Assembly: GCF_009914755.1 (NCBI RefSeq)
Contig: NC_060926.1
DNA length: 64,000 nucleotides
From: the human T2T-CHM13v2.0 reference genome, Homo sapiens
Direction: 5' to 3' (one strand)
In this document: piece by piece, positions 45,970 to 58,560 of the stretch
How the letters are laid out: the number at the start of each line of letters is the position of its first letter
How positions within the stretch are numbered: position 1 is the stretch's first letter
Notes under the pieces: generated by a model
Told to the model about the DNA's origin: nothing
Seen by the model: the letters and a program-made list of their open reading frames with translations, nothing else
Database searches by the model: none
Made by a program: the position numbers and the translations under genes

Positions 45970-46560
45970 AGACTGCTGCCAGTGCTCATCAGCCAAATAT
46001 CACCCAGAGCATACCTAAAATTGACAAGTAGAGCTTGTTACTCGTTTGCAGAGAGGAGGCACACCATAGCGAACCACAGTATCTTAGTAGAGAATGTTAG
46101 AAAGGACCAGTCATGGGATTTGGACTTTTGTTGGGTGGGCAGTGAGTTTAGTGAAGGTCTAAAGAATTGGGGATTCACTCTAGGTAGGATGCTGTTAGAA
46201 AACAAGGCGATTCTGTCATTGGGTGTCTCAGTAATTGTATTTATATGGAAGGCAGATGAGAGTGAGAATAAATCTGTAGTTGGAAAAGAAGTAGCAGCCA
46301 CTTGTTTTAGTCAGGAGAGAAAGGGAAATTTAGTATTTAGTGGGTAGCACAATGACCTTATTTTTTTCTTTTTTTACAAAAAATTATGAAGTGGTCTTGT
46401 TTTTTCTCACATTATCAAGGTTGCCGAGTAACCTTTCCTCATGTTTGCTTTCTGTGAGATTGTTTATGTTTAACAGAATAACATATCCAAGATGTGAATG
46501 CCAGACCGCCTTCAGGATGTAATGGACTGCTTTTTGACTTTCTGTGGCACTGGATTAGAA
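45970..46560. mobile_element. Old LTR (MER76-like, tentative)
   Basis: gaatgttagaaaggacc...ggatttggactt; family recalled only loosely. Confidence 0.4.
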
Positions 46561-46796
46561 TCAGTAAAATCAATAAGAACAGGTGGCTCATGCATACTAA
46601 TGAGTATTTCTTAGCCCTGTCTACCGAGAAGCCTAGAAGCAATGCCACCTGACCATGGATGAGCATACCTCTCAATTACATCTTGCTTCCTAAATATTAT
46701 TCTCTAACAAAAGAAACAAGAGCTCCTTGGAAAAATGGCCAGTTCTGTGGCTGCAGTAGAGAAATTGCAGGATAAAACCAGAACATTCTGTAGTAC

Positions 46797-47060
46797 TGTT
46801 GCAGGACAGGTGAACCCCAGAATTGGAGCTTAGCCCAGGAGGGTTCTTGGCTTCACCCAGGAAAGAATTTGAGAGTGAGCCAGTGGTGTTAGACAGCAAT
46901 CTTTTATTGGCTGGTGCTGATCCTTGTGGAGCAGGGCTAACTTATGGACAGTGCACCCAGAGTGAACAATGTATGGGCTCTAGGCAACTGTTTATATTCA
47001 CTTAAACCCACTTCCAATTACATGCAAATTAAGGGGCACATCAGTACAAATTGAGGAGCA
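46797..47060 (-). mobile_element. ERV1 (MER4-group, MER50-like) LTR fragment
   Basis: tgttgcaggacaggtgaaccccagaattgg...gggttcttggcttcacccaggaaagaatt. Confidence 0.65.
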
Positions 47061-47234
47061 GGTCTCACTAGACTAAAGTCAAGGTAACAGTTGTTCTGTG
47101 TTTCTTTCTGGAGACACTCAGGGATAATTTATTTTCTTTTTCTTTCTAGATTCCAGAGGCCACTCACACTCCTTAGCTCATGGTTCCCTTTATTTATCTG
47201 AAAAGCCAGCAATGTTGCATCATTATAGAGTCAT

Positions 47235-49945
47235 GTGTTAGTCAGGATTCTCCAGAGAAACAGAACCCATAGGATATATTCTCTGTTTTTAAAATTCAAG
47301 TTAGATTTTTGTTTACTTGACCTGAAACTTTTCTGCTTATTCAGATCAAGTAAGAATTTAGTAGGCTTCCTATCTATTTCATATCTAGGAATAACATGAT
47401 TAACTAGTGAATACCACAGGTCTGCATAAGTCAGACTATTCTAATTGTTGCTTTGACCCTGTGATCCATTACAGTAACTAACTACGGCCACCTTGTCTCT
47501 GGTGGTTGATTGCTGCCACCTGGCCCTTACCAACTAGGATCCATTTTTTCATATTGCATTTAAGTTTTATAGATTACAGTTCCCATGGTACACTCTGAGC
47601 AATCATGAAGCTCCTCAAAGACTCTAGGGCTCCTTTCACAAATCTATTTCTTAAAGTAGTGGTAAAAGATACATCTCCTGGACTCTCCTAATATAGGAAA
47701 GTAGGCCATAAATGACAAATTCTCTCCAGCATTCCAGTCTCCCTGAGTCTTTAAATCTTTTCTTCTACCTTAAGCCAAGGGACACGGGACATTTCCAACT
47801 AACTCACAGTAGGCCATTGTTGAGTCATTTTTCAACTGACAAAACAAACTATTAGAGCCTTTTCTAACACCCCAGGCTGCAACATTAAATGCAGAATCTG
47901 TGCTTAGTGGGCCTATATTAATTTCACCTGATCCATCTTTATGTTCCTTCCATTATTATTCCACACCCTTAATACCCATTCCCACACATGTTCTCTGGAT
48001 TTCTGCTTGTATAAATTAGAAAACTTAAGTAGCTCTTTGAAAGTGCGACAGACATACCTCCTCATGAATCACACTTTGTATTTTACTTTTGGGGCCCTTC
48101 TGGGACTTGACTCTAGTTATTTGTCTAGAAGCAAAGAAGGGTGGTGGGGTGGGTCTTGAGGATAATCAGCATTGCCTTACTTAGCATCTGTCTCAAAGGA
48201 GGTCATTGCCATTTCCTTAGGCAATGAAGGGCTAATCCCCTTAGACAGAGGTAGAAAGGCCAATACCACTGTGGGTGGGAAGACTGCTACACCTGGGGGT
48301 AGGGAGGCCACATCTGCGGGCAAAACAAAAAACAAAAACAAATAACTCATCAGGATTTAGGAGCTCCACGTACCCACATGTCCTCATCCCAACTTACAGG
48401 ATCCCCGTATTTCCCAAGCCATGCCCTTACTTTAACGGTAGACACCTTGCAAAGCTGGGAGTTCAATTTTCATTGCAATTCAGCCAATTCCGTGAAGGAA
48501 TCTTGTGTTTTATTTTCAGCAATTTCAGCCCTGTGGCTACAGGAGATACGATTCTTTGTCAGGACATATATAGAAGCTTTTAGGTCATTTATGTGGTGCT
48601 TGAGCTGTGAATTAGAATCCCTGAGATCATCCTTTTCTTTCGTCACTCCATCCAATGACATTAGGAGCAACCAACCAATGTCATTATATTGCTTAGTTTT
48701 CCACAAATGTTCAAAAGTAATAACAGGATCACTAAGTTCTTTGTCTCTTGTAAGTGGTTGATTAGGAGTATCCTAATCAAAGTAGAAATACACAAAATAT
48801 CTGTGTATCTGTATAAATATTTCATGCTATGAACTATTAGTGCTTTTTGTACTATTAAAATAGAGTCCTAGGATTTTAAAATCTAATCAGATTAGACAGC
48901 CAAGTACAGAAATCCTAAAACCAATTCAAAAAACACAACCTTAAAATTCTGTTCACCTAGAACCACTCCTGGTGTCAAAATCTGTTTCAGTCAGGGCTGT
49001 CCAGTGAAATAGAATCAATAGGATAGATTGATAGGTAGATGAATAGATAACAGGAAATTTATTATAGAAATTGGCTCATGTAATTATGGAGGCTGAGAAG
49101 TCTCATGATATGCTGTCTGTAAGCTGGAGAATTGGGAAAGCCTGTCACATAGCTCAGTCCAGGTCTGAAGGCTTTGAGATGCAACAAGGACCACTGTTTG
49201 GGGCCTGCTGATCTCCTTGACCACCTCCCTCAACCCCAAGCATAGAAATAAAGAAAACATTTTAAATTCATCCAAAGGAAATTCCAGGCACTTAGCCCTG
49301 CAACCAGCAATTAGAGAAGTAAATAAACAACACATTAGCAAGAAGATTGTAGCTTAAATAGTCACCCAAGGAAGCCAGAATCACATTATTTGGTTTTGCA
49401 TAGAAATTGAGGATAACATCTTGATGTATGTCCCTGAAGTTTTTTTTTTTTTTTTTCAGAAACTAGCTGGAAAATTCTGACCAGCCATTGTCATATAGAC
49501 CTCAGACAGACTGGAACCAGAAAGTACATAAAAAAAGTTCCAGAAATTCTCCAGCCCTTAACTCACTTCTGAGAACGGCCCCAACCTCTGCCTTTAAAAA
49601 GTGTTGCTTGTAAGTCATCACAGTTGAGATCTTAAGCATTAGCTCTCCATTCTCCTTGCTTGGCGCCCTAGAATAAATGTCTTATTTTCTTTCACTTACA
49701 AATCCTGGTATCAGGATTTGGCTTTGTTGCACTAGGTGAGTGGACCCAAGTTTGTTCCAACAATAGCCTGAGATCCAGGGAGACTTCTGGTGCTAGATCC
49801 ATAATCAGAAAGCCAGAGAACCTGTAGTTTTGCTGTCCAAAGGCAGGAAAACATTGGCATCCCATTTCTAGAAGAGAAAGTTAATTTGCCCTTCTTTTCT
49901 GCCTTTTTATTCTATTTGGGCCTTCAACTGACTGGATAGTTGCCT
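47235..49945 (-). mobile_element. Deleted ERVL/HERV-L provirus: MLT2 LTR stub 47235-47280, gag remnant ~47280-48980, MLT2 5' LTR ~48983-49945
   Basis: ORF 48470-48706 (IGWLLLMSLDGVTKEKDDLRDSNSQLK) is ERVL gag-like; minus-strand PBS gattttgacaccaggagtggtt; MLT2 terminus tagtcaggattctccagagaaacagaacc. Confidence 0.88.
49195..49762 (+). mobile_element. ERV1-class solo LTR nested in MLT2 (subfamily unassigned)
   Basis: TG...CA ends, tttaaaa TATA-like box, aataaa, interrupts MLT2 sequence. Confidence 0.6.
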
Positions 49946-50109
49946 CCAATTTCATCTACCTGAATAATCCACGAAAATTTTTCCATCCCAAGGTTCGTAG
50001 CATTAATCACATCTACAAAGTCTCTTTTGCCCTGTAAGACAACATATTACAGATTTCAGAGACTGGGAATTGGACATCTTTAGGAGGCCATTATTTTGCT
50101 GCCACATAT

Positions 50110-50650
50110 ATGATGAACAGTAAAACAACAACTAAAGTAACACAAAAGTTTTAGCTAATATGCCAACAAGGGATATAAAATGGAATCATAAAAGTAAAGC
50201 AGAAAATAAAGAAAAAGCAAACAACACAAAGATGGAATAAAAAGTAAAAGAAATCCCAAGATGTAAAAAAAAAATGAATGAAATATAACTGATTAAACAC
50301 CCCTATTAAAAGGCACATGTTGTTACATTGCATTTAAAACAGGAAAACCTAACTCTAAAACTTGCTTTTTGATGCTGTCAATAACAGTGATAAATTTCTA
50401 GCCAGAATGATAAGGATAAAAGAAGAAAATATAAAAATTATCAATATTACAAATAAGTAAAGTGATACCGTTACAGATTCTACAGTCTTAAATGTATTTA
50501 ACAAGAGAATATTTAAAAAACTTTATACTGACAAATTTTACAATTTAGATGAACAATTATCTTGACAGACACATATTATTAATTATCCCTGAAAAAGAAA
50601 TAGAATATACAAATTGTTCTTTATTTATTACAGAAATGAATTTGTAATAA
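50110..50650 (+). mobile_element. Old L1M fragments
   Basis: aaatttacaatttagatgaa and similar ORF2 motifs. Confidence 0.55.
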
Positions 50651-50861
50651 TCACCTTGTTTGTTTCAGGGTATGAAATTCATTCTGACACTGGTGTTTGT
50701 ATTACATAAAGCAAATGTGTTAGGTTTAGATGATATTTCTTTTCTGACACTATTAATTCTGTATTATGAGCTACAACAAATAAGCAATAGTAATTTTGGA
50801 TACAGATATAAGATTGAGGAGGTTAAACATATCTCTTTAGTCCTAAATTTGAATTGAAATC

Positions 50862-51185
<324 letters not shown>

Positions 51186-51903
51186 TGAAAACTTTTGTAA
51201 GAACATTCAGTGTGTTTTCTTCTTATATATGTGTTTTCTAGCTCTTTCCACTGATACGGCACAGAAAGGAAGATTAATGAGAATGAGAAGGCAATAAGAA
51301 TCCCCAGTGGTCAAATTATGCTCTTTGAATAATATTTCCCTCCAAATGATAGCAGAACTTCTTGCATAAATGACTGATGTGAGGTCTAGAACAGAAACTT
51401 TTATAAGATAGACCTGCACCTACTGTGTACTTCTTAGAAAAGGAACTTGTACCAATGTCATGTTAGCAAGACTCAAGATTCAATCTCATTTAATCTCCCA
51501 TTTTCCAAATGTGGAGCATTTTCAATGGAAACACTAACTTTGATGGATTGAAACACATCAAATATGTTTAACATTGCAAGTTCATAATGATACCCAAAAG
51601 AAAGAAAATGCATTTTGAGTAGTACAGAGAATCACTCCATTAGTTTGAAAAGTGTGCAGATAGGAGAGGAATAAAAAATGTATTCTGCCATTCTGTATAA
51701 TAATATACAAGGAGGAGTTTCTCTTTATAAGTGTATTTATAAATGTAATAAATGAAGAAGGAATGGCAAATCATCACAATTTGAAACTCTTAATGAAGTA
51801 ATGAATCTAAGCAGTGATTAATGGATGATAACATCAGTGAAAAAGTGCCAACCAGACATCATGTGCCTCCTATTAGAAGTATACACCACACTCTAGGAGG
51901 TAG

Positions 51904-52321
51904 TGTAGTACTGAGCTTGGGCTACCATAACACAATACCATATACTGAGTGGCTTGAAACAACAGCAATTTATTTTTTCACAGTTCTAGAGATTAAAAAT
52001 TCAAAATCAAGGTTCTGGCTGATTCAGTTTCTGGTGAGGGCTCTGTTCCTGACTTGCAGACAGCTGCCTTCTTGCTCCATCCTTACATGGCCTTTTCTCT
52101 ATGGCGTATGGAAACAGAGAGAGAGAGACGGAGAGAGTGCATGCAAACTCTCTAGTGTGTCTTTTTATATAGACACTATTCCTATTGGCCCATGGCCCCA
52201 TCTGACAGTATGATTAACCTTAATTACTTCCTTGGAGGTCCCATCTCCACATATACTCACTCTGGGGATTAGAGCTTCAGCATATGAATTTTGAGGGAAC
52301 AAAGCTTTCACTTCCATAACA
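51904..52321 (-). mobile_element. MLT1A/B-like LTR inserted in an old L1MC/MD 3' region (~51700-52540)
   Basis: ttgggctaccataacacaataccat...ttaaccttaattactt...ccataaca. Confidence 0.85.
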
Positions 52322-52879
52322 CATATTCATATACAAATTACTGAATTTAAGTTGATCAAGTCTCTAGATCAGCTATCAATTTACAGAAAACAGGACAGAG
52401 GAATATGTCAAATGATATCAAGGGACTATTCAGCAAAATTGTGCAAAACTCTACGGGAATAATAAAACTTCAACAAAACATTGCAAAGTGGCAAAAAGAA
52501 GAGAATAAATGTAGAGATCAACCAATTACAAAGATGCACTTTATTCAGATACCACTTCTTTTCATATTGTGTTGTATCAAAGTCCTTTCAGGAATACTTG
52601 AATAAATACTACAGGTCCCAAAGTATAGGTGGTGTTTTATCCTACTTTGTCATCTCTTCTCGTTTATCAACTCAATTGATGATGTGTCATCTTCTTATAT
52701 CTTTTAGAGCCTTAGTATTACATTTTATTTCAGCATTTAAAAATATCCTCTGTCTAAGCAGAGGATACTTAGGAATAAAATACTATCGTTTCTTACCATT
52801 TTAGCCTTATCACTTGCCTCTGATTCACAGTCTGATTTTTACCCCTGGTTTGTTTATAGCTCTGTTTTTCAAGCAGATA

Positions 52880-53430
52880 ATTGCTATGACCTGGTCTTCC
52901 TGCTTGCAGTGTCAAACCTACTCCCGTCCATAAATTACTCAAATAAATTATTATTCATCTGCAAAATAAGCTCTTGACAGTTCTCCATGGCCCAATTAAT
53001 AAAACGATTACTCCTTTCAATGGTATGCAGAGATCTGCCCAATCTGGCCCCAACCATCTTTCCATTCTTATCTCTTGCCACTTTGATCACTGTATTTGCA
53101 TCATATTACTATTTCCAGAACTTTCTATACTCTTTGCCTTTGTGTATGCTGTTGCCCATGCTGTAATACTCTCTTTCTTTTTAAACCTGGAGCATGCTTA
53201 CTTGTCGTTTATAATCCAACTCCAAAAGCATCTCGGATATTTTTCTCTGTGCTCCCAACTCCCAAGGTACACAGCTTTCGTCACTCTTTTCTTTCTAACA
53301 TTTCACACATTTTGTTATTATCAAACTCACCAAATTGTATTGTGATTATGTGTCACATTGTCTTTAGTATACAGCTAACATAATTATTAATATTCAATAA
53401 ATGTTAATGTTAAATTGAATGAATGCATGG
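52880..53430 (+). mobile_element. L2 3' region
   Basis: Ends ctcaataaatgtt-like...ttgaatgaatg. Confidence 0.65.
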
Positions 53431-54443
53431 AAGGTAAGTGGGCTGTTTTTGGTGGAGGAAAATATGTTCTGCTACTCCTCAAATGTGCATCATTAAAAAA
53501 ATCTACTGGATTATGAATAAGGATGACTGTTATCTTCAAGCATGTATGCATAACTTCTATGTTATAAATAAATTTACTTTAAATCTGAGTTTGTTCCTGT
53601 ATAAATGTGAGTTTATTCCTGTATAAACTCAGATATTCATTTTTCCAGGGGTGTCTTGGGTTAAAAAATTTCTAGATGATAAAAGCCATGTTATTTTCAT
53701 TTAGTCTATAGTAGTGATATGAAATGGCTATAGAAAAACTTTATTTTAATATTAACTTATTTTATGGTTCTAATTAAACAAGCTAGTTTTTGTTATATAA
53801 AATTTTATAGTAGACAAGGTTTTAAATTATATATATATATAAAATATAAAGTTTCACTTTAAACATCAGGTATGCTTTTGAATATAACTTACTGTTAAAC
53901 TAATTGGATAATGTCAATAACAATCCATCAGACTCTAACTATTGAAAGTCTTTTTTCCTTATATAGAAACTATATTTCTATATCATAAGCAGATGACACT
54001 TTTCCAGTCTGAAGTTATAAGCTAGCACACTCCAGACATTTCTCAATTGAGAAACTGATATATAATCACATTCCTACAACTTCCAGTGCTATAAGCTTGA
54101 CAGATTTGAGTGGACTGTTTTGCTTTTTGAGAAATGATTATATTGTTGTCTCTAAGAGACAGAGCTCCTTACTCTGAACTGGTTTTTGAAGGTTTTACAC
54201 CTAAATAACAACTGCATCTGTAAAGTGTGTAGGGAGGAAAGCCAGATTTATCTCACATCTTGTGTACTCTTTAGGCACTTGGGAGGGCAGATAATGCATT
54301 TTCCCATGCCTTTTTGTTTACAAAAATGTCACCATTATGATTTTTATATAGGACTGTTTACAACCATTTTTTTGTGTGTGTGTATTGTTGAATGTGTTCA
54401 AGACAACACAGATGCTCACATGTTGCTATACAAATGCAGTGTT

Positions 54444-55150
54444 TACCAGTTAGAATGGCTGTTATTAAAAAGTCAAAAAATAACAGATGCTAGTGAGGTT
54501 GTGGAGAAAACAAAATGCTTATACATTGTTGATGGGAGTGTAAATTAGTTCAATCATTGTGGAAGACAGTGTAATGATTCCTCAAAGATCTAAAGGCAGA
54601 AATATCATTTGACCCAGCAATTCCATTACTGGGTATATATCCAATGGAATATAAATTGTTCTGTTAAAAAGACACATGCACATATATGTTCATTGGAGCA
54701 CTATTCACAATATCAAAGACATGGAATCAACCAAAATGCCCATCAATAATAGATTGGATAGAGAAATGTGGTACATATACGAACTGGAATACTATGCAGC
54801 CATGAAAAATAACAAGATCATGTTGTTTGCAGGGACATGAATGGAGCTGGAGGCCATTATCCTTAGCAAACTAACACAGGAACAGAAAACAAAATACATA
54901 TGCCCTCACTTATAAGTGGGAGATAAATGAACGGAATACCTGGACACTTAGAGGGAAACAATGCACACAGTGGCATATTGGAGGATGGAGGATGGGAGGA
55001 GGGAGAGGATCAGGAAAACTAACTAATGGGTACTAGGCTTAATACCTTGGTGATAAAATAATTTGTACAACAAACCCCCATGACACAAGTTTACTTATAT
55101 AACAAATCTGCATATGTACTCCTGAACTTAAAATAGGTTAAAAAAATAAA
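54444..55150 (+). mobile_element. 5'-truncated L1PA13-16-like element
   Basis: ORF2 end, 3' UTR and A-tail; degenerate TSD aaatgcagtgttt/aaatacaatattt. Confidence 0.92.
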
Positions 55151-55885
55151 ATACAATATTTTAGTACAGAAATATAGTATTTAGTTCTATCTTACAATCC
55201 TTGAAGTCAGCATCTGGATTTGCATTCTTCTTTTTGCAATTGAACTTGTGATAAAGAAGACTTGGAGGAAGCTAGAGAGGCATGATAGACCCCTGTGCAG
55301 AATGAAGAAATGGAAAACCTGCAATGGTTTAAGTTGATGATCACAGCACTTAATTCTTTTGACTCTAAGCCAGACTCAGCTATAAATTTTCTTATGCTTG
55401 AAAGTAGGAAAACATTTCATATGCTTTTTTTTCTATCTCAAATATAGTTTTATCTTGACATGGGTTGAAAAACAAAGTAAGCTTAAAGAAAACAAATCTG
55501 CTATCTTCTTTGTCAAAGCCTCCTTTACATCATTTCTCTAGGAGTATGATACCTATTTCTTTTCCATGATGAAAAATGAAACACCCAGTCAGTTATAATC
55601 TATGACACATAGTAGTTAAGTGATATCCTGCAAAGGAAATTTAATGTGCTTCCAAGTTTCTTCACATTTTGAAGACTGCGTTTAAGAAAGGAGCCTTTAG
55701 TGTATTCTCACAGATAAGATGAAAAATGACTCCAGGTCTTTTAAAAGCCTTAGTGATCCAAGAAGATTTCTTAACCTGTCCTGCTAGTATCAGTGTTTCA
55801 ACAAAGCACCAATGCTTGGGAGCTTCACTGACCCAGGGAAAAAGGAGACTAGATCTGCAGCTTACATTTCCATTTTATTAAAAAT

Positions 55886-55991
55886 TTTCCAGCTTCATGT
55901 TAATGGGTGCAGCACACCAACATGGCACGTGTATACGTATGTAACAAACCTGCACGTTGTGCACATGTACCCTAGAACTTAAAGTATAGTA
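55886..55991 (+). mobile_element. ~100-bp L1PA 3' terminus with a putative 13-bp 5' inversion
   Basis: gttaatgggtgcagcacaccaacatggcac...cttaaagtata; TSD aaaaattttc/aaaagttttc. Confidence 0.85.
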
Positions 55992-56264
55992 AAAAGTTTT
56001 CTATTCTTCCAGAGTCTGAGTCTTCTTGTGCTGAGTGATGTTAGCAGACTGAGGCTCTCTAGAAAGATTTCACGGAGGAAGAGGGCAGTGTTGTATTTCT
56101 TCACTGTAACCAGTGTTTGAAAGGATGACATTTCCTTCTGAATCCTTGGTATGCATATCTACTTATTTAGTGAGGAGAAAATACCACCACTTCATGCCTG
56201 CTGCAGAAATCAATGTCATATGGAAAATCTTTTATTTTAGAGTGGAGAAAGGAGGACTACATGC

Positions 56265-56697
56265 TGTCTTAGTGTGTTTTCTGTTGCTTATAACAGAATT
56301 GTTGAAACTGGGTAATTTATAAAGAAAATGAATTTATTTTTTGTAGTTATGAAGGCTGGTAAGTCCAAGAATGAGGGACCACATCTGGTGAGGGTCTTCT
56401 TGCTGGTGGGGTCTCTCTGCAGAGTCCAGAGGCCATGCAGGGAATCACATGGTGAAGAGGCTGAGTGTGCTAGCCCAGGTCTGTCTTCCTCTTATAAAGC
56501 CACCAGTCCCACCCTCATAATAATGGATTAATCTATTAACACACTAGTCAATTAATCCAGGAATGGATTAAACCACTTACGAGGGCAGAGTCCTTACAAC
56601 ACAATCACCACTTAAAGGAGCCACCCCTCAATTCTGCTACATTGGAGAGTACATTTCAACATGAGTTGTGGTGGGGACAACCATTCAAATCCTAGCA
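56265..56697 (-). mobile_element. MaLR solo LTR (MSTC/MSTD-like)
   Basis: tgttgcttataacagaa...aaactgggtaatttataaagaaaa...ccattcaaatcctagca. Confidence 0.85.
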
Positions 56698-56789
56698 CAC
56701 GTATATGTCTCTGGGACAGGGAATGTTTTGGCTCTATTTCATACTAAAGTATAAATGACTAATAAGTAATCTTTTCCCAAGAGAAATTA

Positions 56790-56958
56790 TCTTTTCTTTT
56801 CTTTTTCTTTTTCTTCCTTTTTTTTTTTTTTTTTTTTTTTTTAAGAGATGTGATCTCATTATGCTGGTCTTGAGCTCCTGGGCTCAAGTGATCCTCCCAC
56901 TTCAGCCTCCCAAGTAGCTGAGTAGCTGGGATTATAAGTGCACATTACCATGCCAGGC
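56790..56958 (-). mobile_element. FLAM / Alu monomer with a long T tail
   Basis: ctcctgggctcaagtgatcctcccac...accatgccaggc. Confidence 0.8.
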
Positions 56959-58159
56959 TCTCAAGTTTAGTTTTTGTCGAAAGAAGAGAAAGAGAACAAA
57001 AGGACACTAAGTGGAGGGAGAAAAGAGTGTCATACAATTGGAAGAAATAAGAAAGAAATGGGTGGCTGGAGTACTCACAAGTCAGCTTTGATGATAGCTT
57101 TACATATGTGTAGCCTGGTCTTTCCACACTGCTCACATTTAAAGCAGGTCCTATTGATTTTATGATTATAACTATGGCTGTTTTGGTATTAGCCTCTTAG
57201 ATGGCTTGAAGTAGTTGCTAAAATAATGGTAGATTGGGCTTACTGTAGCAGCTCTTTTTTTTTTTTTTTTTGCATCTAGAACTAGGTCATATCTTTTTAT
57301 AATCATTCCTGAGGGTATCCTTCTAAGTACTTCTCTTCTTTCTGCTTGAATTTACCCCTCATAGGACAATAGCATATACAATGCCTATAAAATTCATATT
57401 TCTGCTGATGTGGCAATTGACTAATTATGCTTAAATATGGGGATCATGATTCTTCTAGTCCTCTGAAAGCTGCTTTGACAGAAATTAAAAAAAAAATCCA
57501 GGAGATGCTTTGACAGAAATTTAACAAAAGTCCAGGAATCAATTAATGCCTATGAAAAACAAATAAAAACACATTTCTTAATTGTAACATAAAATACAAT
57601 AGGCTTATTCCTATTAGTGATAGTCTTTATTCAGAAACATTGTCATTTAAATGTGATAATTTACCTTAAACTACTTCTAATTCTTTTCTCATTAGAGATT
57701 TTTCACAATTAAGAAGTAAATATACTTTTTTCTTTTTTTAGGAGACTAAAATCCATGGAACTGGCAGCTTATATTATAATTTCTTATCAGCTTCCTTTGA
57801 GGCCTTTGATCATTGACTTCTTTTTTTTCTCATTTCCTTAACAGAGGAAAGTCTACTGAGCAAATTTTGCTGAATTTGTAAACATCTTAAAGTGCACAAG
57901 GTTCCATTCATTGACCAGCTTTTCTCATTTTCCCTGGTCTCTTTAGCCTGCTGCTTAAGATGCTCAAAATGGAATGAAAATTTCATTTCATATTATTTTT
58001 TGAGTGTTTGCTATTTCCAAGGAACTATGCTAAAATGTCCAAAAATAGAATATGTCCAAAAATAGAATATTCTTATTTTCAGAAAGCTGAAAGCTGGGAA
58101 AAGGGGAGGGTTGGTTAAAATATAAATACTCGGGTGTATAAGCTACACATGGCACACGA

Positions 58160-58560
58160 AAACAAGCAGATATTTACTGAACATCTACCATGCACTCCAC
58201 CTTGTGCTAGGTTCTGCGGGTGATGAAGAAGTGAGTATAGTTCATGACCTAACTGGGAAGATGAAGCATACACATGCACACAGGCTGGTATGAACCCAAA
58301 TAAGTGAGGAGATTTTGACAAGAGGACATGAAGAGTGCTGGATTTCTAGTCAGTGTTTAATACATGTTTAGAGATTGTTTAAAGAAGACTGGGGTAAAAA
58401 GGAAGTATAGAATAGCCTTAGCTGGTGCTTTAGGAATGATAGTCTGATATAAGGCAGACTGGGAAGGAAGGAGGAGACACTCTCGGCAGGAAGATGACAG
58501 GAGCAAAGGGAATAAATGAGGTATGTACTGGCATGACTGGGGATGAGAGAGGTTGAGGGG
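58160..58560 (-). mobile_element. L2 fragments
   Basis: gatatttactgaacatctaccatgc...tgtgctagg. Confidence 0.6.

Larger units (their letters stand above)
47060..50106 (-). mobile_element. MLT1 (C/D/E-like) LTR split into ~47060-47230 and ~49945-50106 by the ERVL insertion
   Basis: aaagccagcaatgttgcatc ... ttaatcacatctacaaagtc...ggccattattttgctgccaca. Confidence 0.7.

Noticed and set aside
48470-48706. Fv1-like co-opted gag gene
   Set aside because: Only a 78-aa open fragment in a heavily disrupted gag.
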